Made by a program: the position numbers and the translations under genes
Source: Thermoanaerobaculia bacterium
Lineage (GTDB): Bacteria > Acidobacteriota > Thermoanaerobaculia > UBA5066
Reading direction: 5' to 3'
NCBI GenBank assembly: GCA_038245905.1
Contig: JBBRRY010000031.1
Coordinates: 1 to 42,785, forward strand
DNA: 42,785 nt
Notes under the pieces: model-generated
The model's input: only the letters and a program-made list of their open reading frames with translations
The model's database searches: none
Told to the model about the DNA's origin: nothing
Part shown: positions 28,318 to 38,353 of the stretch, one piece after another
Layout: each line of letters starts with the position of its first letter
Numbering within the stretch: position 1 is the stretch's first letter

Positions 28318-30407
28318 CGCCGGAGCGCGGCTTCCTCGCGCGCGAAGCGCGGGTCCCGGGGAAAGAGCTGCTTCGCCTCCTCGAGCAGGGCCCGCGCGCG
28401 TGCGACGTTCCCGAATTGAGCCAGGCTCCGTACGGCCATGACGTATGTGAAGGGGCCCGGCACGGAGCGGATCATCGCCTCGATCCGCCTCGAAGCCTCG
28501 CTCATTTCCCCGCGCGAGGCCGCGATGATGGCGAACCCCGTGAGCGCGTCGACGTTCTTCGGGAAGAGCTCCAGCTCCTTCCTGTACTCCTGTTCCGCGA
28601 GGTCGAGCTTGTCCTGGCGCCCGAAGATCTCCGCTCGCGCGACGTGGAGGCCCGGAAGAGGGGTCGTCGCGCCGGCGAACCTCGCGGCCTCGTCGACCTT
28701 CTCGAGAGCTTCATGGAACTTTCCCTCGAGCATCGCGGTTCGGGCCAGGACGACGAGCGCCCTCGCGTCCCCCATCTCCCACGCCACTTCCGCGTGGTGC
28801 CGGGCTTCCTCGGTCCGGCCGGCCCTGAGCGCCAGGTTCGCGACATCCACCAGATAGTTCGTGCGCCCCGGCGGAGAGAGGGGGACCGTCCTTTTCAGGG
28901 CGGCTAGCGCTTCCTCCATCCGCCCCTGCCGCTCCAGCGCGGCTGAGAGGATCTCCCAGCCGTCGATCAGGCGGGGATTCGTCTTGAGGATGCCGAGCAG
29001 GATCGGGATGGCCTCCGCGCTTTTCCCCGCCTGGTGGAGCTCGACCGCGCGCTGCAGCTCGACGAGGCTGCCGATGGCTTGCTTGGGGTCCGGCAGGGGA
29101 CCCCCGGTCTCGGAGGCCGCACCCGTGAGATAGCCGAGGGACTGGAGCTTCTTCGCCAGCTCGGGGTCGATCGCCGACGGGGACCTGAGCGCGGTCTTTC
29201 GCCTCTCCGTCTCGGCAACCATCGAGCGGAGCTCGGGCGGTTTCTGCCCGGCCAAGTTCTCCTTCTCTGCCGGATCCACGCCGAGGTCGTAGAGCTCGGG
29301 AGTCGGCGCCTCGATATACTGATGACGGATGGAAATGAGAGAACGGAGCTCGCTCCATCCGAGCCGGATACGCGGGCTGAAGTTCTCGGCGAAGATCCGC
29401 CGCTCGGGCGCAGGGCCTCCTGATGCCAGGTCGACGAGGGACGTGGTGCCGGGTCTCTCCGGAAAGCCCGGCACCGCCAGCGCCTCGCCGATCGTCGGGA
29501 AGACATCGGAGATCTGAACCGGCGTCTTGACGCTCGTGCCGGCCAGGGCGCCACCGGGCAGCTTGACGAGGAGCGGGATCTGGATCGACTCGCGGTAGAG
29601 AAAGATGCCGTGCTGCATCTCGCCGTGGTCTCCCAGGCCCTCTCCGTGATCGGAGAGAAAGAAGATCATCGCCTTGTCGTAGAGGCCGATCCTCTTGAGC
29701 TCGGCGAGGAACCCCCCCACGATCGCGTCGGAATACGCGACCTCCCCGTCGTAGGGATCGGGATAGCGTGAACGGTAAGGCTCGGCGGCCTCGTACGGGG
29801 CGTGCGGTTCATAGATGTGGAGGAACGCGAAGAGGGGACGAGGCGTTTCGCGGCGGATCCAGCCGAGCAGGAGGTCCACGGCCTCCTTTCCCGGGCGCTG
29901 CACGAAGTCCAGCATGCTCGTCCGGCTCTGCGTGTCCACCCGGTCGTCCCAGAAGTCGAAGCCCCTCGCGATCCCGCTCTGCGAGTTCAAGACGACAGCC
30001 GAGACGGCCCCTCCGGTCGCATAGCCGGCTTTCTTCAGCAGCTCGGCCAGACAGGGCAGAGCCGGATCGAGGCGGAAGCCCGAGTTGTCGAGCACGCCGT
30101 GCCGCCCCGGCTCGAGACCCGTGAAGAGAGAGACATGGGCGGGAAGGGTGAGGGGAATGTGGGAGTAAGCCCTCTCGAAGAGGATGGCGTCTTTTCGGAG
30201 CCCGTCGAGGGCCGGTGTCTCGACTCTGGTGTATCCGTACATCGGCAGGCGGTCCGAGCGAAGCGTGTCGACCGAGATCAGGATGACCGGGGCTCTCTCG
30301 AACCGGGGGGCGACATGGGCATGCCGCGTCCCTCTGCACGACGGGATGGCGAGAAGCAGAAAAATCCCGGCAAGGAGAGCCGCGAGACGGGCATGAGCGA
30401 TCCTCAT
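28314..30407 (-). CDS. Sulfatase-like lipoprotein with C-terminal TPR repeats, copy 1
   Basis: Start placed at ATG 30407 (MRIAHARLAALLAGIFLLLAIPSC) because 30470 lies in a terminator. VDTLRSD, TLPAH, HIYEPH, SDHGE, LQSLGYL, TPR-like repeats. Confidence 0.86.
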   Translation of the reverse strand: MRIAHARLAALLAGIFLLLAIPSCRGTRHAHVAPRFERAPVILISVDTLRSDRLPMYGYTRVETPALDGLRKDAILFERAYSHIPLTLPAHVSLFTGLEPGRHGVLDNSGFRLDPALPCLAELLKKAGYATGGAVSAVVLNSQSGIARGFDFWDDRVDTQSRTSMLDFVQRPGKEAVDLLLGWIRRETPRPLFAFLHIYEPHAPYEAAEPYRSRYPDPYDGEVAYSDAIVGGFLAELKRIGLYDKAMIFFLSDHGEGLGDHGEMQHGIFLYRESIQIPLLVKLPGGALAGTSVKTPVQISDVFPTIGEALAVPGFPERPGTTSLVDLASGGPAPERRIFAENFSPRIRLGWSELRSLISIRHQYIEAPTPELYDLGVDPAEKENLAGQKPPELRSMVAETERRKTALRSPSAIDPELAKKLQSLGYLTGAASETGGPLPDPKQAIGSLVELQRAVELHQAGKSAEAIPILLGILKTNPRLIDGWEILSAALERQGRMEEALAALKRTVPLSPPGRTNYLVDVANLALRAGRTEEARHHAEVAWEMGDARALVVLARTAMLEGKFHEALEKVDEAARFAGATTPLPGLHVARAEIFGRQDKLDLAEQEYRKELELFPKNVDALTGFAIIAASRGEMSEASRRIEAMIRSVPGPFTYVMAVRSLAQFGNVARARALLEEAKQLFPRDPRFAREEAALRR

Positions 30408-30438
30408 CAGGACCACGAGGATAACGTCAGCTCTACTC

Positions 30439-30470
30439 AAAAAAATGCCCTGGCCCGAAGGCCAGGGCAT
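30439..30470 (-). terminator. Rho-independent terminator after the large TonB-dependent receptor
   Basis: Minus strand reads atgccctggcc-ttcg-ggccagggcat followed by a T run. Confidence 0.88.
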
Positions 30471-30498
30471 GAACCGAAAATGGTGAATAGTCCGGAGT

Positions 30499-33400
30499 CT
30501 AGAACCGGGCTCCGAGGGTGACGAGGTAGGTTCTGGGAGCCTGGAACGACGGGGCGGTGCTGGAGCCGGAAGTCGGGTTGCCGAACGCCGTGCTCTTCTC
30601 CCAGTTCGCTCCCAACGCCACGCACGCGGCCTTCGTCGAACCCGCCGGGCACTCGATCGGAGCCGCGGTGAAGGGATTGAAGCGGACGAGGCCGCGGGCG
30701 TCGGCGGCGGTGCCCTTGCCGGTGAAGACCGACGTGTTGATGCCGGTCGGGTTGTTGATGAACGTCACGGCGTGGCCGTTGAGCACGTTCGTGATCTGTG
30801 GCTGGAGGAACACCTCGACCGGCCCGATCTTCGCGGCGAAGTTGAGGGAGAGGTCGGTCCGATAGATGTTGTCGGTGCGATAGGCATCGCGCGAGGTGAA
30901 GTAGTACGTCACGCTGACTGGCGGTGTGATGTAGCACTTGGTCTGGTCGATGCCCGGCGTGGAGCACCCCAGGGCCACATACGGACTCGAGTTTATGGTT
31001 CCGGCGGCTCCGTAAGGCGTGCCGGTGTCGAACGACTGGACGACGCCCGCTCCGACGGCAATCGGACCAAACTTGAAGTCATAGTTCCCATAGAGGCGGA
31101 CGCGGTGCCTCTGGTCCTGGGAGAGGTCGCCCCGCGGCGCTGTCCAGGACTGCTGGAAGTACTCGGGGTAGTTGAGAAGCCCGGAGGCGGCGGGGCCGCC
31201 GCCGGCGCCCTCTCCCACGAAGTTGCCGAGCATGTGGGACCACGTCCAGTTGCCCCCGACGCTCAAGGGACCGGTCCGGTAGGCGAAGGAGGTGTTCAAT
31301 CCGGTGTAGTTGCGCTCCGGGAGGTTCGAGTTGACGAAGACCCCCAGGTTGTACTTGTTCCCGAGGTCGTCCGAGACGAAGCCGGTCGTCCGGTCACGCT
31401 GCGTCGCGTAGAAGTCCTTGAATTCGCGCCGCACCGCGTCCACGCGGTAGACGAAGTTGCCGCCGAGGGTGCCACCGAGCCCGATCGAATACTCGTTCGA
31501 GTTGGGTGAGCTCAGCGGGTTGATGATCTGGAGGTTCACGCCGGGAAGGTTGACGATGTCCGGCGTGACCCCGGGGGGGAACATACCGGTCTTCGTGACG
31601 CCGAGCGCGGCGAACATCTCTTTCAGGATCTGGTCCGTCGGGGTGAGCGTGGAGCCCGTGTTGTATTCCTTGCCGCCCCAGAAGTAGTAGTAGCTGGCCG
31701 GCGCGCCGTTCGAGGTGGCGCCGCTACCTGCGATCGTCTCCTGGATCTGGCCTACGTAGCGGGCGTAGCTGCCCGACACGCGGAGCTTCCCGTCTCCGCT
31801 GACGTCGTACGAGGCGGAGAGCCGGGGGCTGAACTGGCTGTCGTTCGCGACGGTGGCTCCCGAGGAGTCGGTGGCGTTGTTCTTGTCCCAGCGGACGCCG
31901 ACGTTGAAGGAAAGGTTGTTGCCGAGCTTCCAGGTGTCGTTCACGAAGACCGAGGTGGTCCTGAGATCGCTCCCCTGGCTCAGCTTGGGAATCGGGAAGT
32001 AGACAAAGTAGGAGTTCGCGTCGATGACGGGGTAGAGGTTGCCGCCCGTCTGGACGACCGACGTCGGGTAGAGCCACCAGCTACTCCCGGACTGGTAGTT
32101 GTTCGACAGCCGCTGCTGGCCGAAGTTCTGATAGCCGAAGGCGACGTTGTGGGAGCCCAGGCTCGGCGACGAGAGGAAATAGGTTCCCTTGACGAGGTAG
32201 TCGTTGTTGTCGCGGGTCTCGGGGCTGCAGACGCCGCAGAAAACCGGGGACCACATCACGCCGTAGCCCTGGTCCTGGACGCCGAGCGCGGTGCCTCCGA
32301 TCAAGGAGGTGTCCGTTCCACCGGAGTTGATGAACGTGAACTTCTTCTTCGAGTATTGCGCCTCGAGGAAGAGGTTGCTCGTGAGGACGCCGTTGTAGTT
32401 GATCGCGAGGAGGTCGGACGGAGTCGCGCGGTTGTAGGTCTGCTTGAGATCGAGGATCGGGAGGTTCGGGAAGAAGTAGTTACTCGCCTCCGTCGTCGTC
32501 CAGAGGTAGGACCCCGTAAGGGTGTGGTTCTGGAACGGCGTGATCGTCAGCTTCCCTTCGACGCGCTCGTTCAGGTTCGTCTGCGGGACCGAGGTCGTGG
32601 GCCCGCCGTTGATCGAAGCCGTCGATCCCGACGTCTCCTGCTTGTTGTAGCGGCCTGCGCCGAAGAACCAGATCCTGTCCTTCCACAGCGGGCCGCCGAG
32701 GGTGGCCTCGTAGGTGGGGACCCACTTGTCGGTGTAGGTCGTGGGAATCGGGGTCTGAGCCTTGTTGTTGTCGTTGTTCATGGTCGCGCGGAAGGAGCCG
32801 CTGAACGTGTTCCCTCCCCGCTTCGTGACGGCGTTGATGACGCCACCCGTGAACCTCCCGAATTCCGCGGTGACGCCCGACGTCAGTGTCGTCGTCTCCT
32901 GGATCGCGTCCTCGATGAAGAGGTTCGTCGGGGTGCCACGGACGTTGTCCTGCACGTTGACGCCGTTGACGGTGAAGACGTTGTCGAAGGACTGGCCTCC
33001 GGAGATCGTCACGTTTCCGGCGGGCCCGTTCTGGTTGACGCCCGGGGTCAGGATGACGGAGCCGAGGATCGTCCTCGCGACCGGGAGCTTGCTCATGAGC
33101 TCCGAGGAATAGGTCGTGGCGGCCTGCGCGTTCTGGGAGACCGCCTCGCTCTGCGCGACGACGACCGCCGCGGCGGTCACGCCGGCCAGCGCCAGCTTGA
33201 CGTTCACCGCTGCACTTTGGCCGGAGGAGACCCTTGTGGTTCTCGTGATGGTCTGGAAGCCGGACAGGGCGACGGTGATCGTGTAGTCGCCTGGCGGCAC
33301 GTTTGGAATGGTGTAGTCCCCGTTTACGTTCGTCACGGCGTTGCGGGAGCCCTGAAGCGTCGGGGCGGTGGCGGTCACCGCCACGCCCGGTAAGCCGAGT

Positions 33401-33519
33401 CCCGTGTCGTCACTGACGCGACCCTCGAGTGTTCCGGTCGGTATGCCTTGCGCCCACACGTGGTTCGCCATGAGGAGCGGCAGCACCAGGAGTACGAGCC
33501 AGATTTTCTTGTGTTTCAT
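30499..33519 (-). CDS. Oar-type TonB-dependent receptor with N-terminal carboxypeptidase-regulatory-like domain
   Basis: Signal peptide (VWA-Q), GTLEGRVSD..G..LPGVAVT...PPGDYTITVALSGF, plug motif AEFGRFTGGVINAVTKRGGN.FSGS, VNDTWK...NVGVRWD, C-terminal YLVTLGARF; 1006 aa. Confidence 0.92.
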   Translation of the reverse strand: MKHKKIWLVLLVLPLLMANHVWAQGIPTGTLEGRVSDDTGLGLPGVAVTATAPTLQGSRNAVTNVNGDYTIPNVPPGDYTITVALSGFQTITRTTRVSSGQSAAVNVKLALAGVTAAAVVVAQSEAVSQNAQAATTYSSELMSKLPVARTILGSVILTPGVNQNGPAGNVTISGGQSFDNVFTVNGVNVQDNVRGTPTNLFIEDAIQETTTLTSGVTAEFGRFTGGVINAVTKRGGNTFSGSFRATMNNDNNKAQTPIPTTYTDKWVPTYEATLGGPLWKDRIWFFGAGRYNKQETSGSTASINGGPTTSVPQTNLNERVEGKLTITPFQNHTLTGSYLWTTTEASNYFFPNLPILDLKQTYNRATPSDLLAINYNGVLTSNLFLEAQYSKKKFTFINSGGTDTSLIGGTALGVQDQGYGVMWSPVFCGVCSPETRDNNDYLVKGTYFLSSPSLGSHNVAFGYQNFGQQRLSNNYQSGSSWWLYPTSVVQTGGNLYPVIDANSYFVYFPIPKLSQGSDLRTTSVFVNDTWKLGNNLSFNVGVRWDKNNATDSSGATVANDSQFSPRLSASYDVSGDGKLRVSGSYARYVGQIQETIAGSGATSNGAPASYYYFWGGKEYNTGSTLTPTDQILKEMFAALGVTKTGMFPPGVTPDIVNLPGVNLQIINPLSSPNSNEYSIGLGGTLGGNFVYRVDAVRREFKDFYATQRDRTTGFVSDDLGNKYNLGVFVNSNLPERNYTGLNTSFAYRTGPLSVGGNWTWSHMLGNFVGEGAGGGPAASGLLNYPEYFQQSWTAPRGDLSQDQRHRVRLYGNYDFKFGPIAVGAGVVQSFDTGTPYGAAGTINSSPYVALGCSTPGIDQTKCYITPPVSVTYYFTSRDAYRTDNIYRTDLSLNFAAKIGPVEVFLQPQITNVLNGHAVTFINNPTGINTSVFTGKGTAADARGLVRFNPFTAAPIECPAGSTKAACVALGANWEKSTAFGNPTSGSSTAPSFQAPRTYLVTLGARF

Positions 33520-33734
33520 GCTTCTTCTCTCCCTTCCTGAATCAGAGGAGGCCCTTTCGGGCGATGAATAAAATGAACAGAACCGGACGACACGACAAAT
33601 TCGACATAGTTTATTCCGGCGAAGGGCGCGCCGTCGAGCATGAAGCTCCGCCCTTTCGGCAATAATTTGGAGAGGATCCCAAGAAACCGGAGCCGCGACT
33701 TTCTCCTCGGCCGGATTTCCACGACGGTCGTACT

Positions 33735-33763
33735 CGTAAGGAATTCAATATCAACGACTTACG
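33735..33763. promoter_or_regulatory. IHF-consensus site inside an imperfect palindrome upstream of the receptor
   Basis: TATCAACGACTTA (33749-33761) matches WATCAANNNNTTR exactly. It is framed by the inverted pair CGTAAG (33735-33740) and CTTACG (33758-33763) in an AT-rich intergenic region. Confidence 0.55.
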
Positions 33764-33898
33764 GGACGACAACACGTTGATGGCTACACTCCGAAAGTCT
33801 TTCTAAGGAAGAACGGTGCCAAATTCAGTGCGCAACGTCACGAGGGGCCCGTTTCGACCCTCTGCAATGTCCCTTGGACCCTTACCCGGATGCTCTCG

Positions 33899-35446
33899 TC
33901 ACAGCCTTTCCGAGATGCTCTTCGCTTGGAGGAAGAGGCCGAGGTAGTCGCGGCCACCGGCCTTGCTGTCGGTGCCGGACATATCGAAACCGCCGAACGG
34001 GTGGACGCCCACGAGCGCGCCCGTGCACTTGCGGTTTATGTAGAGGTTCCCGCAGTGGAGGCGCTTCTTGGCCTCGGCGATCCGGAATCGGTCGCGGCCG
34101 AAGTACGACCCCGTGAGGCCGTACTCGGACGCGTTCGCGAGAGCGATCCCGTGCGCGAAGTCCCTCGCCTCGGTGATCCCGAGGACGGGGCCGAAGATCT
34201 CCTCCTGGAAGATCCGGCCGGCGGGTTTGACGTTGTAGAAGACCGTCGGCGCGACGAAGTTGCCGACGCGCCCCTGCCACGTCCCGCCAATTCCGAGCTT
34301 CGACTCGCGCTTGCCGACCTTGATGTAGTCCGTCACGGTCTTGAGCTGGCGCTCGGACGCGACCGGGCCGAGGAAGTTCTTGTGGTCGCGCGTCGGACCC
34401 TGAGTAAGCTTGGCCGTTTTCGCGACGACGGCGTCCACGAAGCGCTTGTAAAGCCGCCGGTGGACGATCGCGCGCGAGCAAGCCGAGCACTTCTGGCCTT
34501 GGAAGCCGAACGCGGAGGCGACGACCTGGGAAACCGCGAAGTCGAAGTCCGCGTCCTCGTCCACGAAGATGAAGTCCTTGCCGCCCATCTCGAGGACGAC
34601 GCGTTTGATCCAGCGCTGGCCCTTCGCGACCGCGGCCGCCTTCTGGTTGATCGTGAGACCGACCTGCTTGGAGCCCGTGAAGGAGATGAAGCGCGTCTGG
34701 GCGTGCTCGACGAGGAGGTCGCCAACTTCGCTCCCCGGGCCGGGCATGTAGTTCAGCGCGCCGGCCGGCACGCCGGCTTCCTCGAGGAGCGTGAAGACCT
34801 TCCACGCGATGAGCGGCGTGTCGGACGCGGGCTTGAGGACGACGGAGTTCCCCGCGACCAGGGCCGCGCTCGTCATCCCCGTCAGGATCGCGTTCGGGAA
34901 GTTCCACGGCGGGATCACGGCCCCCGCGCCGAGCGGGACGTAGAGCGTCTCGGGGAACTCTCCGGCGTACGGTGTGACGGGGATCTCTCCGCCCCAGCGC
35001 AGCATCTCGCGGGCGTAGAACTCGAGAAAGTCGATCGCCTCGGCCGTCTCGACGTCGGCCTCGGGCCAGGACTTGCCGATCTCGAGGACCATCGTCGCCG
35101 AGAACTCGTGCTTTTTCGCACGCATCCGCGCCGCGGCTCGCAGGAGCACCGACGCGCGCTCGCGAGGCGCGAGATCGGCCCACTCGCGCTGCGCCTTCAC
35201 GGCTGCCTCAACCGCCTTGAGGGCGATCTTCCGGTCCGCGAGGTGATGGCGGGAAAGGACCTCCGAGCGGTCGGAGGGGTTCAGGTTTTCGAGAAGGCGG
35301 CCGGTCTTGAGGCGGCGGCCACCGACGACAACGGGAATCTCGGCGCCCTTCTGGCGGTCCAATTTCGAGAGGGCCGCCTCGAACGCGGAGCGCTCCTCGG
35401 CGTGGCTGAAGTCGGTGAACGCTTCGTTGCGAAAGTCTTGCAGCAT
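33899..35446 (-). CDS. pruA: L-glutamate gamma-semialdehyde (P5C) dehydrogenase
   Basis: FRNEAFTDF N-terminus, EAIDFLEFYA, IPPWNFP, FTGS, EMGGK, SAFGFQGQKCSACSR, EEIFGP, PFGGF..SGTDSKAGG; 515 aa, stand-alone RocA/PruA type. Confidence 0.93.
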   Translation of the reverse strand: MLQDFRNEAFTDFSHAEERSAFEAALSKLDRQKGAEIPVVVGGRRLKTGRLLENLNPSDRSEVLSRHHLADRKIALKAVEAAVKAQREWADLAPRERASVLLRAAARMRAKKHEFSATMVLEIGKSWPEADVETAEAIDFLEFYAREMLRWGGEIPVTPYAGEFPETLYVPLGAGAVIPPWNFPNAILTGMTSAALVAGNSVVLKPASDTPLIAWKVFTLLEEAGVPAGALNYMPGPGSEVGDLLVEHAQTRFISFTGSKQVGLTINQKAAAVAKGQRWIKRVVLEMGGKDFIFVDEDADFDFAVSQVVASAFGFQGQKCSACSRAIVHRRLYKRFVDAVVAKTAKLTQGPTRDHKNFLGPVASERQLKTVTDYIKVGKRESKLGIGGTWQGRVGNFVAPTVFYNVKPAGRIFQEEIFGPVLGITEARDFAHGIALANASEYGLTGSYFGRDRFRIAEAKKRLHCGNLYINRKCTGALVGVHPFGGFDMSGTDSKAGGRDYLGLFLQAKSISERL

Positions 35447-35489
35447 AGGACGGTCATTCTATCGCTAGACTGCGCGTGGGAGGCTGGAG

Positions 35490-35798
35490 ATGACGGTCCT
35501 GGAGCTGAAGGCAAAGTGGGACGCGGGCGAGAAGCCCGTCGTCCTGGACGTGCGCGAGGCGGAAGAGCTGGCCCGCGCGGCATATCCGTTTCCGGTGGTT
35601 CACATTCCGATGGGCGAGCTGCCCGCACGCGTCGGCGAATTGCCGCGCGCCTCCGCAATCGTGTGCGCCTGTCGCAGCGGCAGCCGCAGCGCTTCGGTCG
35701 CCGGATTTCTGCAGCGGCAGGGCTTCGACGCCGTCAATCTCGACGGCGGGATCCTGGCGTGGGCTCGCGACGTCGGGCTCGGGACTCCCCAATATTGA
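35490..35798 (+). CDS. Single-domain rhodanese-like protein
   Basis: VLDVRE..E, HIPM, active-site loop CRSGSRS, NLDGGILAW. GGAGG Shine-Dalgarno upstream. Confidence 0.9.
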   Translation: MTVLELKAKWDAGEKPVVLDVREAEELARAAYPFPVVHIPMGELPARVGELPRASAIVCACRSGSRSASVAGFLQRQGFDAVNLDGGILAWARDVGLGTPQY

Positions 35799-35847
35799 TT
35801 TTGTGCTCTGTCGTGTGGCAGAGTTGCCGATTGGGGAGGAACGGAAA

Positions 35848-36363
35848 ATGGATAAGAATCCAGCGGGTATTCGTACGTTCGTTGTGGACCTGCTCAAGAA
35901 GAACAAGGCTCTGACGGAGCGCGAAGTGAAGGCCGCGATCGGCAAGGCATTCAAGGTGAATCCCGCCGCGATCAGCGCCGGAGTCATTCGCGACACGCGC
36001 AAGCGTCTCGGCATCGATCGTCCGGGCGCGATCGCCTTCGCGCAGGCGATGCTGAAGAAGAACCCCGTGCTCGAAGCGAAGAAGATCATCGAGGCGGTCG
36101 GCTCGAAGTTCGGCGTGCGCCTCGGCCCGCCGGACGTATCCCGCCTGCGCCCCGCGGGCTCGAGGCGTCGCCGCGCCGTGCGGGCCGTGGCCCCGAAAGC
36201 GATGACGGCAGGCTCCGGCGCTTCGGCTGTACCCGCCCGGCGCGGACGGCCGGGACGTCCGCCGAAGGCCGGGCGTTCCTTCGGTACGATCTCGATGACG
36301 TACCAGGGCAGCGGCAGGCCCGAAGATCTCGCAGCCTTTTTTCGCGGCCTCGCTTCCTCGTAG
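35848..36363 (+). CDS. Small basic hypothetical protein with a duplicated helical domain and an AT-hook-like motif
   Basis: GGAGGA Shine-Dalgarno before ATG 35848; 171 aa, Lys/Arg-rich; two ~30-aa repeats; RRGRPGRPPK. Confidence 0.75.
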   Translation: MDKNPAGIRTFVVDLLKKNKALTEREVKAAIGKAFKVNPAAISAGVIRDTRKRLGIDRPGAIAFAQAMLKKNPVLEAKKIIEAVGSKFGVRLGPPDVSRLRPAGSRRRRAVRAVAPKAMTAGSGASAVPARRGRPGRPPKAGRSFGTISMTYQGSGRPEDLAAFFRGLASS

Positions 36364-36372
36364 AAGCACGGT

Positions 36373-36401
36373 TTGACCGCGCGGGGGGCGACCCGCATAA
36401 T
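36373..36401 (+). promoter_or_regulatory. Sigma70-type promoter for tRNA-Gln
   Basis: TTGACC (36373-36378), 17 bp, CATAAT (36396-36401), followed by a GC-rich discriminator. Confidence 0.75.
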
Positions 36402-36419
36402 CCGCCGCCCCGCGCTCAC

Positions 36420-36493
36420 TGGGGGGTCGTCCAACGGTAGGACTCCAGACTCTGACTCTGGCTATCGGGGTTCGAATCCCTGCCCCCCAGCCA
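36420..36493 (+). tRNA. tRNA-Gln (anticodon CTG)
   Basis: Acceptor TGGGGGG/CCCCCCA (U1-A72), anticodon arm CCAGA-CT-CTG-AC-TCTGG, GGTTCGAATCC, encoded CCA. Confidence 0.95.
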
Positions 36494-36529
36494 CACGCTC
36501 GCCCGGCGGAGCCGGGCGACGCACCGAAG

Positions 36530-36637
36530 TCGAGTTCGAAAAGAGTGGAAGGCGCGACGGCGGGAGGCTCGAAAGCCAGAACTCGAACGCAAGAAGGAGC
36601 GCCCCCGGCGCCCAGAGAAGGAAGCGGCCGCGCGCGG

Positions 36638-36641
<4 letters not shown>
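36530..36641 (-). pseudogene. N-terminal remnant of a VanZ-like membrane protein
   Basis: GTG overlaps the glnS stop (GTGA). It encodes [37 protein letters not shown], like the first helix of VanZ-family proteins, but the expected DKxxH motif and the rest are missing and the frame runs into the tRNA. Confidence 0.5.

Positions 36642-38349
<1,708 letters not shown>

Positions 38350-38353
<4 letters not shown>

Noticed and set aside
33540-33680. Possible c-di-GMP or other riboswitch in the receptor leader (two ccgaaagggc motifs)
   Set aside because: Only GNRA-capped hairpin motifs are present. The other conserved aptamer blocks could not be found by eye; an Rfam scan would settle it.
33806-33822. 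Sigma54-like promoter TGGCAC-CGTTC-TTCCT on the minus strand
   Set aside because: The -12 element is CC rather than the near-invariant GC, and the IHF site would lie downstream rather than between enhancer and promoter.
35816-35830. TGGCAGAGTTGC upstream of the basic protein as a sigma54 promoter
   Set aside because: GG to GC spacing is 7 nt rather than the required 10.
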